Assembly: GCA_028748685.1 (NCBI GenBank)
Contig: JAJRDU010000186.1
Coordinates: 1 to 55,725 of the forward strand
DNA length: 55,725 bases
Reading direction: 5' to 3'
Source of the DNA: Methylococcaceae bacterium
GTDB taxonomy: Bacteria > Pseudomonadota > Gammaproteobacteria > Methylococcales > Methylomonadaceae
Part shown: positions 1-10,853 of the stretch, piece by piece
How positions within the stretch are numbered: the first letter of the stretch is position 1
Layout of the letters: every line of letters begins with the position of its first letter
Notes under the pieces: model-generated
The model's database searches: none
What the model was told of the DNA's origin: nothing
What the model saw: the letters and a program-made list of their open reading frames with translations, nothing else
Translations under genes and position numbers: made by a program

Positions 1-688
1 TGGCCTTCAGCAGCGGCTGCCCGAGAAATCGGTGCAAAGGCTAGGCAAGTTTTGCGATTGGCTGAAAGAGACGGCGATCAAGATCGAGCGCGAGGATACT
101 TTTGTGGTGATCAACAAGATGATAGACGAAATCAATTATTCGGCCTGGCTACAGGAGAACAGCAAAACCCCGGCCTCGGCCGAGCGCAAGTTGAAAAACG
201 TCTATGAGTTGATTGAGTGGCTGCAACGTATTGCCACCAAGGAGCAAGGCGCCGAGCAATCGCTAGCGGATGTGATCGCCAAGGTGATGCTGCTGGATAT
301 TCTGGATCGCAATCAGGAGGACGAAGCCGGCGATCAGGTCAGCTTGATGACTTTACACGCCGCCAAGGGCCTGGAGTTTCCGCATGTGTTTCTGATTGGC
401 ATGGAGGAAAATCTGTTGCCGCATCAGAACAGCATCGAAACCGACAATATCGAGGAAGAGCGGCGGCTGGCCTATGTCGGCATCACCCGCGCGCAACGAA
501 CACTGACCTTCAGTTACTGCACCCACCGCAAACGTTACGGTGAACTGGCGGAATGCGAACCCAGCCGGTTCTTGAATGAGCTGCCGGAAGACGATCTGGA
601 ATGGGCCAACAAGAAGCAGCTGGAGCCGGAAGAAATCAAGCAGCGCGGCAAGGAAAGTCTGGCCGCTTTGAAGTCGATGCTGGCCTGA
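1..688 (+). CDS. rep: ATP-dependent DNA helicase Rep (UvrD family), 3' part, truncated by window start
   Basis: SF1A motifs LMTLHAAKGLEF and EEERRLAYVGITRA; Rep-like C-terminus ending ALKSMLA. Confidence 0.88.
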   Translation, partial: GLQQRLPEKSVQRLGKFCDWLKETAIKIEREDTFVVINKMIDEINYSAWLQENSKTPASAERKLKNVYELIEWLQRIATKEQGAEQSLADVIAKVMLLDILDRNQEDEAGDQVSLMTLHAAKGLEFPHVFLIGMEENLLPHQNSIETDNIEEERRLAYVGITRAQRTLTFSYCTHRKRYGELAECEPSRFLNELPEDDLEWANKKQLEPEEIKQRGKESLAALKSMLA

Positions 689-710
689 GCGAGCCAGCAT
701 CGACTTATCG

Positions 711-2060
711 CTATTGCAATACCACGAAAAACGCTTCGCCGCCGCGCTGCAGATTCACCAGCAGCGGCGCATTGGGGTTGACTACCTGTTTGATTTCGTC
801 CAGGTTTCTGACCCGGTAGCGGTTGGCGGTGACGATGATGTCGCCCGGACGCAAGCCGGTTTTCCAGGCTTTGGAGTTCTGGTCGACTTTTTCGATCAGT
901 ATGCCTTCGACCTGATCCTTGGGGGTGACGCCTAGCATTGCGCCGCTCAATAAGGGGTGTAGTTTGTCGCCGGCCAATTGCGGGCGTTTCGGCTTGCCTA
1001 TCGTGGCTTGCAAAGTCTTGCGCTCTTCGCCGCGCATAACTTCGAGTGTGGCGGTATCGCCGATTTGTAGCAAGCTGATCGCGGTGCGAATCTGGCTGCT
1101 GCCGTTTTTGATTTCCTGACCGTTCACGCCGACGATGATGTCGCCCGGTTCCAGGCCGGCTTTTTCGGCGGGCGAGCCGGCTTCAACCTGGCTGACTACC
1201 GCGCCGTGCTGGTTCTTTAAGTTAAAGGCTTTTACCAGTTCCGAGGTAAGGTCTTGAGTGGTCACGCCGAGCAGGCCGCGGCGGACTTCACCGTGTTGTA
1301 CCAGCGATTCCATCAGGCGTATTGCCATGTTGGCGGGAATGGCGAAACCGATGCCGATGTTGCCGCCGCTGGGCGCCAAAATCGCGGTATTCATGCCGAC
1401 GAATTCGCCACGCAAATTGACCAATGCGCCACCGGAGTTGCCGGGGTTGATCGAGGCGTCGGTTTGAATGAAATCCTCATAGCCTTCGATACCTAGTCCG
1501 GAGCGGCCCAGGGCACTGACGATGCCGGAGGTGACGGTTTGTCCTAGGCCGAACGGGTTGCCGATCGCGACCACGAAATCGCCGACTTTAAGCTGGCTGG
1601 AGTCGGCGACTTTCAGCGCGGTCAGGTTGTCGGCCGGAATCTGGATCACCGCGACGTCGGCTTCCGGGTCGGTGCCTAGCAGTTTGGCGTTGAGTTGCCG
1701 TCCGTCGCTGAGCGTGACGGTAATCTTGTCGGCCTTGTCGATGACGTGGTTATTGGTCAGCACATAACCCTGGTCCTTGTCGATGATCACGCCGGAACCG
1801 AGGCTGTTTTTCTGTTGTTGGCGCGGATTGTTGGGGATGTTGAAAAAACGGCGGAACACCGGATCGTTCATCAACGGATTTTCCTGTATCCGCACGTTAG
1901 TGGAGGTGGAGATGTTAACTACCGCCGGCATGCTTTGTTCCAGCATTGGTGCCAGCGAGGGTAAAGGCGCGCCCTCAACTTGAGGTGGCAAGGCCGCATT
2001 GGCCGATAGGCCGGTCAGGCCGAGGGTGAAAATCAGCAGTAGTTTGGTTGTTTTGGTCAT
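711..2060 (-). CDS. degQ: Periplasmic HtrA-family serine endoprotease (DegQ/DegP) with two PDZ domains
   Basis: Signal peptide; catalytic triad contexts TNNHV, EADVA and QTDASINPGNSGGAL; tandem PDZ domains. Confidence 0.9.
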   Translation of the reverse strand: MTKTTKLLLIFTLGLTGLSANAALPPQVEGAPLPSLAPMLEQSMPAVVNISTSTNVRIQENPLMNDPVFRRFFNIPNNPRQQQKNSLGSGVIIDKDQGYVLTNNHVIDKADKITVTLSDGRQLNAKLLGTDPEADVAVIQIPADNLTALKVADSSQLKVGDFVVAIGNPFGLGQTVTSGIVSALGRSGLGIEGYEDFIQTDASINPGNSGGALVNLRGEFVGMNTAILAPSGGNIGIGFAIPANMAIRLMESLVQHGEVRRGLLGVTTQDLTSELVKAFNLKNQHGAVVSQVEAGSPAEKAGLEPGDIIVGVNGQEIKNGSSQIRTAISLLQIGDTATLEVMRGEERKTLQATIGKPKRPQLAGDKLHPLLSGAMLGVTPKDQVEGILIEKVDQNSKAWKTGLRPGDIIVTANRYRVRNLDEIKQVVNPNAPLLVNLQRGGEAFFVVLQ

Positions 2061-2203
2061 TGTGTGGTTCTTCCCGCAGTTAAGGTGCCGAGATGGACAA
2101 GCCGACGTGAAAAATGTTTCCGTAAAATATTAGCGCATAATGAACTATCATAACGCCTGTTTTTCAGTGCCATTCAACTCACTTTCAATCCGCAATCAAC
2201 TTC

Positions 2204-3502
2204 ATGGCTGTCGATATTCAATCTGAAGAAGGTCGTGTTATCCGGCAATTGATTCCGTTGGCGACATTGCCATTCAGTCGATTTGAAGCGTTGTGCGCCC
2301 AATTTGTGGTCGAAGAAGCCGAGGACGGACAGTTTTTATTCAAACGCGGCGATTCCGATGCCGATCTGTTTTATCTGCTGCAAGGCGCGGTACTCTTGAA
2401 GACCGAGGCGCTTAACATCGAAACCATTACGGCGGGTAGCAATTCCGCGCGCTTTGCGTTAGCGCATCAGATTCCGAGAAAAGTGAATGCGGTCGCGAAT
2501 GGCAAAATTCGGTTTTTGCGATTGAATGCTGATATGATCAAATCAGTACAAGATACACCCTATGAAGAGAGCGAAAGCTATATGATAGTCGACGAGTCGA
2601 CAGATGATGACGATTGGATGACGACCTTGCTGAAGTCACCCATTTTCAGGGTGCTTCCGCCTTCCAATCTGCAAAAAATCCTGATGGGCTTGCAGGAGGT
2701 GCGCTTTGACGCCGGCGAGGTCATTATTTCGCAGGGCGATCCGGGCGATTTTTATTACATAATCAAGAAAGGCCAATGCCTGATCAGCAGAAAACCCACG
2801 CCCAATGCCAAGGAAGTCAGATTGGGGCAGTTGACGGATCAGGATACCTTCGGCGAGGATTCGCTAATTTCCGGTGAGCCCAGGAATGTGACCATTACGG
2901 CCCTGACCGATGTGTCGCTGTTGCGTTTGAGCAAGGAGCAGTTTGTCAATCTGATCAAGCGGCCGGTTTTGAAGTACGTCAGCTATCCCGAGGTACAGGA
3001 GTTGGTGTCCAAGGGGGCGGATCTGATCGATGTCAGGGCGCCGGACGAATACCAGAAAAATCACCTTGCCCGTAGCATCAATCTGCCTTTTTTTTCCTTA
3101 CGCATGCAATTGAAAAGCCTGAATCGGCATCATCCTATCATCGTGGTTTGCAGGAATGGCAAGGCCAGCGAGACGGCGGCATTTTTCTTGTTGCGGCACA
3201 AATTCAACGCCCTGATCCTGAAAGGAGGCATGGAAAGTATTGAGATCGAAGTGACCGCGCCAGCCTCTTTTGTGATCGACGATGGTGTCGAAACCGGCAA
3301 TTACATCGAATCCGTCAGCGAGACTGGTTCACAGCCGATATCCGAACCGTTGGTTGCTCAGGATGATGCGGACAAGCTGCGGCAAATTATTCAAGGATTA
3401 AAAGCCCAATGCAGCACGTTACAGGCCGAAAAAAAGGCCTTGGAACAACAGTGCTTGGCGCTCGTTAAGCAAATTGAAGCGCTAAAGGCGGCAAAAAAAT
3501 GA
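2204..3502 (+). CDS. Protein with two cyclic-nucleotide-binding domains, a rhodanese-like domain and a C-terminal coiled coil
   Basis: cNMP-domain motifs (FLFKRGDSDADLFYLLQG; IISQGDPGDFYYIIKKG...FGEDSL...RNVT); rhodanese motifs LIDVR...HL..SINLP and VVCRNG. Confidence 0.8.
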   Translation: MAVDIQSEEGRVIRQLIPLATLPFSRFEALCAQFVVEEAEDGQFLFKRGDSDADLFYLLQGAVLLKTEALNIETITAGSNSARFALAHQIPRKVNAVANGKIRFLRLNADMIKSVQDTPYEESESYMIVDESTDDDDWMTTLLKSPIFRVLPPSNLQKILMGLQEVRFDAGEVIISQGDPGDFYYIIKKGQCLISRKPTPNAKEVRLGQLTDQDTFGEDSLISGEPRNVTITALTDVSLLRLSKEQFVNLIKRPVLKYVSYPEVQELVSKGADLIDVRAPDEYQKNHLARSINLPFFSLRMQLKSLNRHHPIIVVCRNGKASETAAFFLLRHKFNALILKGGMESIEIEVTAPASFVIDDGVETGNYIESVSETGSQPISEPLVAQDDADKLRQIIQGLKAQCSTLQAEKKALEQQCLALVKQIEALKAAKK

Positions 3503-3510
3503 CAGGCTGT

Positions 3511-3549
3511 TTAAGGCTAGCCGAGTCGTTGAGTCTCGGCTAACCTTAA
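3511..3549. terminator. Hairpin between convergent genes, probable bidirectional terminator
   Basis: TTAAGGCTAGCCGAG-loop-CTCGGCTAACCTTAA inverted repeat between two converging stop codons. Confidence 0.6.
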
Positions 3550-3555
3550 TCGAGA

Positions 3556-3711
3556 TTACTTGATTTTTGCTTCTTTGTAGATCACATGTCTGCGAACCAC
3601 GGGATCAAATTTCTTGATCTCCATTTTTTCAGGCATGGTTTTTTTGTTTTTGGTGGTGGTGTAGAAATGGCCGGTGCCTTCGCTAGATACCAATTTGATT
3701 TTGTCTCGCAT
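3556..3711 (-). CDS. rpmG: 50S ribosomal protein L33 (51 aa, absent from the ORF track)
   Basis: Manual translation [51 protein letters not shown]; directly downstream of rpmB with an AGGAG ribosome-binding site. Confidence 0.97.
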   Translation of the reverse strand: MRDKIKLVSSEGTGHFYTTTKNKKTMPEKMEIKKFDPVVRRHVIYKEAKIK

Positions 3712-3722
3712 GATTGTTCTCC

Positions 3723-3959
3723 TTAAACTTGTTCGCCGCGGCTACGCATGTCGGCCAATACGGCATCGATACCATTTTTGTCGATGATACGCATGCCTTT
3801 GGACGATACTCTCAAACGAACCCAACGGTTTTCGCTTTCGACCCAAAATCTGTGGTGGTGCAGATTAGGCGTAAAACGTCTTTTGGTTCTATTCATTGCG
3901 TGTGAAACGTTGTGCCCGGTGACGGGGCGTTTACCTGTTACTTGGCATACTCTGGACAT
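3723..3959 (-). CDS. rpmB: 50S ribosomal protein L28
   Basis: [29 protein letters not shown]...; start moved to ATG 3959, preceded by GAGG. Confidence 0.97.
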   Translation of the reverse strand: MSRVCQVTGKRPVTGHNVSHAMNRTKRRFTPNLHHHRFWVESENRWVRLRVSSKGMRIIDKNGIDAVLADMRSRGEQV

Positions 3960-4098
3960 GACTACCTCAATGCGAGCTTTTAATTCAAAATAGCCGCGCT
4001 TTATACCAAAAATTCTTTTTCCGGTAAACAACCGGCTGAAAAATAAATTTGGTAGAATTTGGCTATTCTCTTTCGATCTCAAGTTAAACAGGACTTTA

Positions 4099-5049
4099 AT
4101 GGCTATCAAACTCGGCATGGTCATGGACCCCATCGGCCAAATCAATATCAAAAAAGATACCAGCTTCGCGATGTTGCTGGAAGCGCAATCCCGTGGCTGG
4201 GAATTGCACTATATGGAACTGGGCGATCTGTTTTTGCACAATGGCGAGACGTTTGCCCGTACCCGTATCCTCAAGGTTCAGCGCGACGAAAACCAATGGC
4301 ATCATTTTCTAGGCGAGCAGGAGATTCACCTCGGCGAGCTGGATGTCATCATGATGCGCAAGGATCCGCCCTTCAACCAGGAATACATTTACGCGACCTA
4401 CATGCTGGAACAGGCCGAACGGCAAGGCGTCTATGTCGTCAATAAGCCACAGTCACTTCGGGATGCCAACGAGAAGATGTACACGGCCTGGTTTCCACAA
4501 TGCTGCACCGATACGCTGGTGGCCCGCGATCCGAAAAAGATTCGCGCCTTCCTCTATGAACACAAGGAAATTATCCTCAAGCCGTTGGACGGTATGGGCG
4601 GAGCGTCGATCTTTCATGTGCGCGAGAACGACCCCAACCTCAGCGTGATTTTGGAAACGATGACCGAACACTGTCAACGCTTCATCATGGCGCAAAAATA
4701 CCTGCCGGAAATCAAATACGGCGACAAGCGGATTTTGATGGTCAACGGTGAGCCGGTACCTTATTGCCTGGCGAGAATTCCGGCCGGCGGCGAAAGCCGG
4801 GGCAATCTGGCCGCCGGCGGGCGCGGCGAAGGCCGGCCGTTGAGTGACCGGGATCGCTGGATCGCCGAACAGGTCGGGCCGACGCTCCGGGAAAAAGGTC
4901 TGGTATTCGTCGGCATCGATGTGATCGGCGATCATCTCACCGAAGTCAACGTCACCAGTCCGACTTGCGTGCAGGAGCTGGATAAACAATTCGGCATCAA
5001 TATCAGCGGGCAATTGATGGACCATATTCAGGCCAGGTTGCAGGCATGA
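4099..5049 (+). CDS. gshB: Glutathione synthetase
   Basis: [52 protein letters not shown]. Confidence 0.96.
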   Translation: MAIKLGMVMDPIGQINIKKDTSFAMLLEAQSRGWELHYMELGDLFLHNGETFARTRILKVQRDENQWHHFLGEQEIHLGELDVIMMRKDPPFNQEYIYATYMLEQAERQGVYVVNKPQSLRDANEKMYTAWFPQCCTDTLVARDPKKIRAFLYEHKEIILKPLDGMGGASIFHVRENDPNLSVILETMTEHCQRFIMAQKYLPEIKYGDKRILMVNGEPVPYCLARIPAGGESRGNLAAGGRGEGRPLSDRDRWIAEQVGPTLREKGLVFVGIDVIGDHLTEVNVTSPTCVQELDKQFGINISGQLMDHIQARLQA

Positions 5050-5948
5050 CGGACACGCATGTGCCTGAATTGAATCATTTTTCGCTGAAGAACGGCGATA
5101 CCCTGCTGGCGGCGGTGTTTATCGCCGCCGTGGTACATGCCTTGATTTTGCTGGGCATCAATTTCAGCGTACCCAAGCCGCCCAAGGTCAGTAAATCGAT
5201 GGAGATTACGCTGTCGCACGCTCCCTTGAAGAAGGCGCCGACCGAGGCTAAATATGTGGCTGCCGATCATCAGCTCGGGGCCGGGGACGACACCCGAAAA
5301 CCCGAGCCGCTCAAGGAAAATTTGCCTAGCCCGAGCCAGGAGGCGACACCAGTCAAGAAAGTGGTTCGGGAAACCGTGGTTGCTCCCAAAAAGCCGGTCA
5401 TGGAGAAAATCATCACTCAAAAGCAGGCGCCGGTAAAAGTGGCGACGCCGATCACTGAAGAACCGGTTCAGGCCGAACAACCGGATGAAATCGCCGAAGA
5501 AAAGCCTTCGCTGTCCGCCGAAGCCCTGCAACAGCAGATTGCCCAATTGGGTGAGCGCATACGCAACACCCAGCGAAGCTCGGAGAATACCAAGATCAAG
5601 TTCGTCAATTCGATCAGCACTCACAAATATCTGGCCGCGCAATATGTGAAGGATTGGGAGGACAAGGTTGAGCGCACCGGTAATCTGAATTATCCTGAAG
5701 CCGCGCGCAAACCGGGGGCGTCGCAAACCCTGACCATGGATGTCGGCATCAAGGCGGACGGCAGTATTTACAGCATAAGCATCGTCAACTCCTCCGGCAA
5801 TCCGGCATTGGACGAAGCCGCCAAGCGTATCGTCAAGATGAGTGCGCCGTTTGCCGCGTTGCCGGATGATTTGCTGCGCGAAGTGAACGTTTTGGTCATT
5901 ACCCGGGTCTGGAAGTTTTCCGATGAAACCGGCATGACCGCCCGCTAG
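5046..5948 (+). CDS. TonB-family energy transducer
   Basis: N-terminal TM helix with His, Pro/Glu/Lys-rich linker, TonB C-domain (LNYP...SSG.PALDEAA); conserved gshB-tonB-yqgE order. Confidence 0.82.
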   Translation: MTDTHVPELNHFSLKNGDTLLAAVFIAAVVHALILLGINFSVPKPPKVSKSMEITLSHAPLKKAPTEAKYVAADHQLGAGDDTRKPEPLKENLPSPSQEATPVKKVVRETVVAPKKPVMEKIITQKQAPVKVATPITEEPVQAEQPDEIAEEKPSLSAEALQQQIAQLGERIRNTQRSSENTKIKFVNSISTHKYLAAQYVKDWEDKVERTGNLNYPEAARKPGASQTLTMDVGIKADGSIYSISIVNSSGNPALDEAAKRIVKMSAPFAALPDDLLREVNVLVITRVWKFSDETGMTAR

Positions 5949-5965
5949 AACAATCTGGTATCAAC

Positions 5966-6532
5966 ATGATCCAAACTACCTATCTGAATAATCAGTTTCT
6001 TATCGCGATGCCAAGCTTGGCCGATCCGCATTTTTTTCATACCGTGACTTACCTGTGCCAGCACAATAAAGAGGGGGCATTGGGTATCGTCATCAACCGG
6101 CCTACCGGCATGAAGCTGGCGGATATTTTTCAACAGATGGGTATCAAGACCGAACTGCAAGAAGTGTTGAATACGCCGGTATTTTCCGGAGGTCCGGTGC
6201 AGCAGGAGCGTGGTTTCGTGATTCACAGCCCTTGCGAACAGCATTGGGATTCCAGCATCTCCACCGCCGATAACATTACCCTGACCAGTTCCCGAGATGT
6301 GCTGGAAGCCATCGCTCAGGGTAAGGGGCCCAGTCATTTTCTGATCGCCCTCGGTTATGCCGGCTGGGGCAGCGGCCAGTTGGAAAAGGAAATGGTCGAG
6401 AATGCCTGGCTTAGTACGCCTTGCGGCGAAGCGATCATCTATGAAACGCCGATCAGCCAACGCTGGAACGCGGCGGCAAGCCAGCTCGGTATCGACATCA
6501 ATCGCCTGACGACACCGGCGGGTCATGGTTAG
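5966..6532 (+). CDS. yqgE: YqgE/AlgH family protein
   Basis: FLIAMP..DP.F, GALGIVINRP, GGPV, LGYAGW..GQLE.E..ENAW. Confidence 0.92.
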   Translation: MIQTTYLNNQFLIAMPSLADPHFFHTVTYLCQHNKEGALGIVINRPTGMKLADIFQQMGIKTELQEVLNTPVFSGGPVQQERGFVIHSPCEQHWDSSISTADNITLTSSRDVLEAIAQGKGPSHFLIALGYAGWGSGQLEKEMVENAWLSTPCGEAIIYETPISQRWNAAASQLGIDINRLTTPAGHG

Positions 6533-7016
6533 AGTCGATCCATTGGCGGCCAAATTAAGCAGCGACACCTATCTTGGCTTCGATTTCGGCAATAAAAAGA
6601 TCGGCGTGGCGGTCGGTCATGCTAGTACCGGCATCGCCAGTCCGCTGCAAACCATCCGCTCCCTCAATCAGGTTCCGGATTGGACTCTGATTGGCAAATT
6701 GATAGACGAATGGCGGCCGATCGGCCTGGTGGTCGGTATCTCCAGGCAGCAGGACGGTTCCGACAACATCATCACACCGAGGATGGAAAAATTCTGCCGG
6801 CAACTAAACGGCCGATTCAATCTGCCCATCCATCGGATCGACGAAACGCTGACCACCTTCGCCGCCAAACAGCTGTTATTTGATGACCTGAAAGTCAGTG
6901 CTGGTAAACTATGGGCCGTGCAAGATCAACTCGCCGCCCAGATAATCCTGCAAAGCTGGTTTGATGACAAGGAACAAGCTGCAAGGAGCCAGGAGCAAGG
7001 TTCAATACACCGTTAG
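6525..7016 (+). CDS. ruvX: YqgF/RuvX pre-16S rRNA processing nuclease
   Basis: LGFDFGNKKIGVAVG, IDETLTT, D.LAAQIILQSW; follows yqgE. Confidence 0.9.
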   Translation: MVRVDPLAAKLSSDTYLGFDFGNKKIGVAVGHASTGIASPLQTIRSLNQVPDWTLIGKLIDEWRPIGLVVGISRQQDGSDNIITPRMEKFCRQLNGRFNLPIHRIDETLTTFAAKQLLFDDLKVSAGKLWAVQDQLAAQIILQSWFDDKEQAARSQEQGSIHR

Positions 7017-7054
7017 CTTTAAATTCCTTTTATCTTGTACCTTGAACCTTGTGT
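6967..7054. repeat. Degenerate inverted heptamer repeat (NCAAGGN / CTTGNAC type)
   Basis: acaagga-acaagct-gcaagga-gccagga-gcaaggt followed by cttgtac-cttgaac-cttgtgt. Confidence 0.55.
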
Positions 7055-7073
7055 TTAACTTTTATTCGCACTC

Positions 7074-7595
7074 ATGCCACTAAAAAACCTAAACATCGCC
7101 GAGTTGCTCGACAGTCTCGAAGCTGCCATCCGCCGGCAAATCGCCGAACGTAAGCTCAACCATCCGCTACTAATCGGTATTCACAGTGGCGGTGCCTGGA
7201 TTGCTGAGCAGATACATCAGCGGCTCGGCTGTGACGAACCCTTGGGCTTGCTGGACATCACTTTTTATCGCGACGATTTTTCCCAAATCGGCATGCATCC
7301 CAAGGTCAGAACCAGTTCCGTGCCGCCGCATCTGGAAGGCCGGGACATCATCTTGATCGATGACGTGTTTTACACCGGCCGCACCATTCGCGCCGCGCTG
7401 AACGAGATTTTCGACTACGGCCGCCCCAATCAGGTGGTGTTGGCGGTGCTGATCGAGCGCGATGGGCGGCAGATTCCCTTGCAACCGGATTGCTACGGTA
7501 CCCGGATGGCATTGCCTAAAGGCCAACGCATCAAGCTCACGGGTCCCGAGCCGCTGGGCATACACATTCAGAACTTTGACATGGTCGCGGCCTGA
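7074..7595 (+). CDS. pyrR: Bifunctional pyrimidine regulator / uracil phosphoribosyltransferase PyrR
   Basis: [32 protein letters not shown]. Confidence 0.92.
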   Translation: MPLKNLNIAELLDSLEAAIRRQIAERKLNHPLLIGIHSGGAWIAEQIHQRLGCDEPLGLLDITFYRDDFSQIGMHPKVRTSSVPPHLEGRDIILIDDVFYTGRTIRAALNEIFDYGRPNQVVLAVLIERDGRQIPLQPDCYGTRMALPKGQRIKLTGPEPLGIHIQNFDMVAA

Positions 7596-7597
7596 CG

Positions 7598-8563
7598 ATG
7601 AGTTCACATATACAACTTACCGATCAAGGCAAGCTCAAGCACTTTCTGACCATTGAAGGCTTGAATAGAGAGTTGCTGACAGAAATTCTCGACACCGCCG
7701 AATCGTTTGCCGGCATGTCCGAACATCAGGTCAAGAAAGTGCCGTTGCTGCGCGGAAAGACCATCGTCAACCTGTTTTTCGAAAACAGTACCCGTACTCG
7801 GGCCACGTTCGAATTGGCGGCCACTCGGCTGTCCGCCGACGTAATGAACATGAATATTGCCACTTCGTCCACCGCCAAGGGCGAGAGCCTGCTGGATACC
7901 ATACACAACCTGGAATCCATGCATGTCGATATGTTCGTGGTCCGCCATGCGCTAAGCGGGGCCGCCCATTTCATCGCTCAACATGTCGCGCCTCACATCA
8001 GCGTGATCAACGCCGGCGATGGCCAGCATGCGCACCCGACCCAGGCAATGCTGGACATGTTCACGATACGCCAGCATAAGAAACGCTTCGAAGGACTGAA
8101 GGTCGCCATCGTTGGCGACATCCTGCATTCGCGGGTGGCGCGGTCTCAGATTGTGGCCCTTAATGCCCTGGGCGTGGACGAAGTACGGGTGATTGCACCG
8201 AAGACTTTGTTGCCGGCCCATGTCAAAACCATGGGTGTGATTCCGCTGCACGATATGGATGAAGGCTTGAGCGATGCCGACGTCGTCATCATGCTGAGAC
8301 TGCAAAAAGAGCGCATGAATTCGGCGTTTCTGCCCAGCGAAAGCGAATTTTTCCGTTGCTTCGGTTTGACCGAAGCCAAACTCAAGCGCGCCAAGTCCGA
8401 TGCGATCGTGATGCATCCGGGGCCGATCAACCGAGGGGTGGAAATCGCTTCCAGCGTCGCCGATGGTCCGCAATCGGTGATACTGCAACAAGTCAGCAAC
8501 GGGGTCGCGGTGCGAATGGCGATCATGACGATGACCATGCGCAGCCTGGGAGGTATGGCATGA
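7598..8563 (+). CDS. pyrB: Aspartate carbamoyltransferase catalytic subunit
   Basis: [34 protein letters not shown]. Confidence 0.96.
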   Translation: MSSHIQLTDQGKLKHFLTIEGLNRELLTEILDTAESFAGMSEHQVKKVPLLRGKTIVNLFFENSTRTRATFELAATRLSADVMNMNIATSSTAKGESLLDTIHNLESMHVDMFVVRHALSGAAHFIAQHVAPHISVINAGDGQHAHPTQAMLDMFTIRQHKKRFEGLKVAIVGDILHSRVARSQIVALNALGVDEVRVIAPKTLLPAHVKTMGVIPLHDMDEGLSDADVVIMLRLQKERMNSAFLPSESEFFRCFGLTEAKLKRAKSDAIVMHPGPINRGVEIASSVADGPQSVILQQVSNGVAVRMAIMTMTMRSLGGMA

Positions 8564-9849
8564 CCAGGATTCTGATCAAAAATGGCCGGATTATCGATCC
8601 GGCCAATGGCATCGATGCGGTTGGTTCGCTATATATTGGCGACGGCAAGATCGTATCGGTGATCAGCGCGCCCGCCGATTTTCAGGTCGATCAAGTCATC
8701 GATGCCGAAGGGCAGATCGTCTGTCCGGGGTTTGTCGATTTGAGCGCACGGTTGCGCGAGCCGGGACACGGCCAAAAAGGCAGTATCCTTAGCGAAACCC
8801 TTGCCGCGGCCAGTGCCGGGGTCACCAGTCTGTGCCTGCCGCCGGACACCAAGCCCTGTATCGACAGTCCGGCGGTGGTGGAATACATCAAGGATAAGGC
8901 CGAAAACGCCGGTTATCCCAAGGTTTACACGATCGGCGCCTTGACTCAGCGCCTGGATGGCAACGAACTCAGTGCGATGTTCGCGTTGAAGCAGGCCGGC
9001 TGCATCGCGGTCAGCAATGCACGGGCGCCGCTGGGTAATTTGCTGATTTTGCGTCGGGCGATGGAATACGCCAGCACCCACGATTTGTTATTGATGTATC
9101 GTGCCAACGAAGCCTCGCTGAGCGGCGCGGGGTGTGCCCACGAAGGCGCGGTGGCCAGCCGTTACGGCTTGCCCGGCATTCCGGAGGCCGCCGAATCGAT
9201 CGCGCTGGCGCAAGCCTTGGAACTGGCGCAATTGACCGGCTGCCGCATCCACATCAGTCAGATCAGTTGTAAACAGTCGGTGATCAAGATCCAACAGGCC
9301 AAGAAATACGGCCTCAATGTCACCGCCGATGTGGCGATTCATCAATTGCATCTGACTGAAAACGACATAGAACCGTTCGACAGCAATTATCACGTGATTC
9401 CGCCGCTCCGCGGCGAGGTCGACCGCCAATATCTGCGCGACGGTCTGGCCAATGGCACCATCGACGCCATTTGCTCGGATCATCAGCCGCACGATCTCGA
9501 TGCCAAACTCGGCGCGTTTCCAGAGACCGAGCCCGGTGTGGCGTCGCTGGAAACCTTGCTGCCGTTGACGCTAAAGTTAGCTCAGCAGCATCGCATTAGC
9601 CTGTCGCAAGCCATGGCGGCGTTGACGCAAAAACCGGCGTCGATACTGGGCTTGTCCGGCGGCGCCTTGACGCCGGGCTATTCCGCGGACGTCTGTATCT
9701 TCGACCCGGAGATGAGCTGGCGGGTCGATCGTCAAAACTGGCGGAGTGCCGGCCACAACACACCCTATTGGGGGCAAAGCCTGCGTGGCCGGGTGACTAA
9801 CACTCTGCAGGCCGGCCGCATTATTTATACCTTACAGGAATCTTCATGA
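8560..9849 (+). CDS. pyrC: Dihydroorotase-like protein (PyrC', probably the inactive ATCase assembly subunit)
   Basis: Amidohydrolase fold (PGFVDL..RLREPG, SDHQPH); start placed at ATG 8560 overlapping the pyrB stop; HxH metal ligands replaced by SAR. Confidence 0.88.
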   Translation: MTRILIKNGRIIDPANGIDAVGSLYIGDGKIVSVISAPADFQVDQVIDAEGQIVCPGFVDLSARLREPGHGQKGSILSETLAAASAGVTSLCLPPDTKPCIDSPAVVEYIKDKAENAGYPKVYTIGALTQRLDGNELSAMFALKQAGCIAVSNARAPLGNLLILRRAMEYASTHDLLLMYRANEASLSGAGCAHEGAVASRYGLPGIPEAAESIALAQALELAQLTGCRIHISQISCKQSVIKIQQAKKYGLNVTADVAIHQLHLTENDIEPFDSNYHVIPPLRGEVDRQYLRDGLANGTIDAICSDHQPHDLDAKLGAFPETEPGVASLETLLPLTLKLAQQHRISLSQAMAALTQKPASILGLSGGALTPGYSADVCIFDPEMSWRVDRQNWRSAGHNTPYWGQSLRGRVTNTLQAGRIIYTLQESS

Positions 9850-10148
9850 CCCAAGCCCCATTCATTCTGGCCGCCATGGGCTTGCTGGCGGGCTGTTCTC
9901 GCGAATATGCGCCCGATAGTCAGGCTACCGGTGAACAGATTTTTCAGTCCGCTTGCCTGGAATGCCACAAGCCGGCCACCAACGGTAGTATTTATACCTT
10001 GAAAGCTCGGAACGCCAATGTCGCCTTTATTGCCGATAAGGTTCACGGCGGTTCGCTATTGATGCCATCTTTTCCCAACATGAAGGCCGACGACCTGACC
10101 AAGGTCAGTACCTATGCGTTGGAACACAGCGCCGTTGCGGGGGAATAA
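9846..10148 (+). CDS. Small monoheme c-type cytochrome lipoprotein
   Basis: Lipobox LLAGC; CLECH heme motif; distal MP.F Met ligand context. Confidence 0.8.
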   Translation: MTQAPFILAAMGLLAGCSREYAPDSQATGEQIFQSACLECHKPATNGSIYTLKARNANVAFIADKVHGGSLLMPSFPNMKADDLTKVSTYALEHSAVAGE

Positions 10149-10853
10149 GTGATGGGGCGTATCAAAAAGCCGCGCGGTTCGGGCAGTGGCAGTATTATCG
10201 ATGACCTGAAGGGCGATCAGTCCTGGCGGATTTTTCGCATTATCAGCGAGTTTACCGAGGGTTTCGACGAACTTTCGGAACTAAGCGACGCCATTTCCAT
10301 TTTCGGTTCGGCGCGACTCAATACCGAGCATCCCTATTACCAAAAAACCGTGGAATTGGCCGAGTTACTCAGCCAAAACGATTTTGCGATCATCAGCGGC
10401 GGCGGCCCAGGGGTGATGGAGGCGGCCAACCGGGGGGCGCATTTGCAGAATAGCGATTCGATTGGCCTGAACATCGAATTGCCGATGGAGCAAAAACCCA
10501 ATCCCTATCAAAGCATCTCCCTGAATTTTCGCTACTTTTTCGTGCGCAAGGTGATGTTCGTTCGCTATTCGATGGGATACGTCTGTATGCCTGGTGGCTT
10601 TGGCACGCTGGACGAGTTTTTCGAGGCGCTGACGCTAATGCAGACTCACAAGATCTACCCCATTCCACTGGTGTTGTTCGGCACCGATTTTTGGGGCGGC
10701 TTGGTGGAGTGGCTGAAAACCAAGATGGTCGAATACGGAACCATCGATCTCGCGGAGATGGATTTGATTACGGTGACCGACGATCCGCATGAGGTAGTCA
10801 GGATCATGGTCAAGCATCGGCAGTGGAAAAACCGCCAGCGGGGCAGGGAGTAG
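10149..10853 (+). CDS. LOG-family (TIGR00730) nucleotide phosphoribohydrolase
   Basis: IFGSAR, GGGPGVMEAAN, FFVRK, PGGFGTLDE. Confidence 0.9.
   Translation: MMGRIKKPRGSGSGSIIDDLKGDQSWRIFRIISEFTEGFDELSELSDAISIFGSARLNTEHPYYQKTVELAELLSQNDFAIISGGGPGVMEAANRGAHLQNSDSIGLNIELPMEQKPNPYQSISLNFRYFFVRKVMFVRYSMGYVCMPGGFGTLDEFFEALTLMQTHKIYPIPLVLFGTDFWGGLVEWLKTKMVEYGTIDLAEMDLITVTDDPHEVVRIMVKHRQWKNRQRGRE

Noticed and set aside
7017-7073. Bacillus-type PyrR attenuator
   Set aside because: No PyrR binding-loop consensus or terminator/antiterminator pair; the region is occupied by heptamer repeats.
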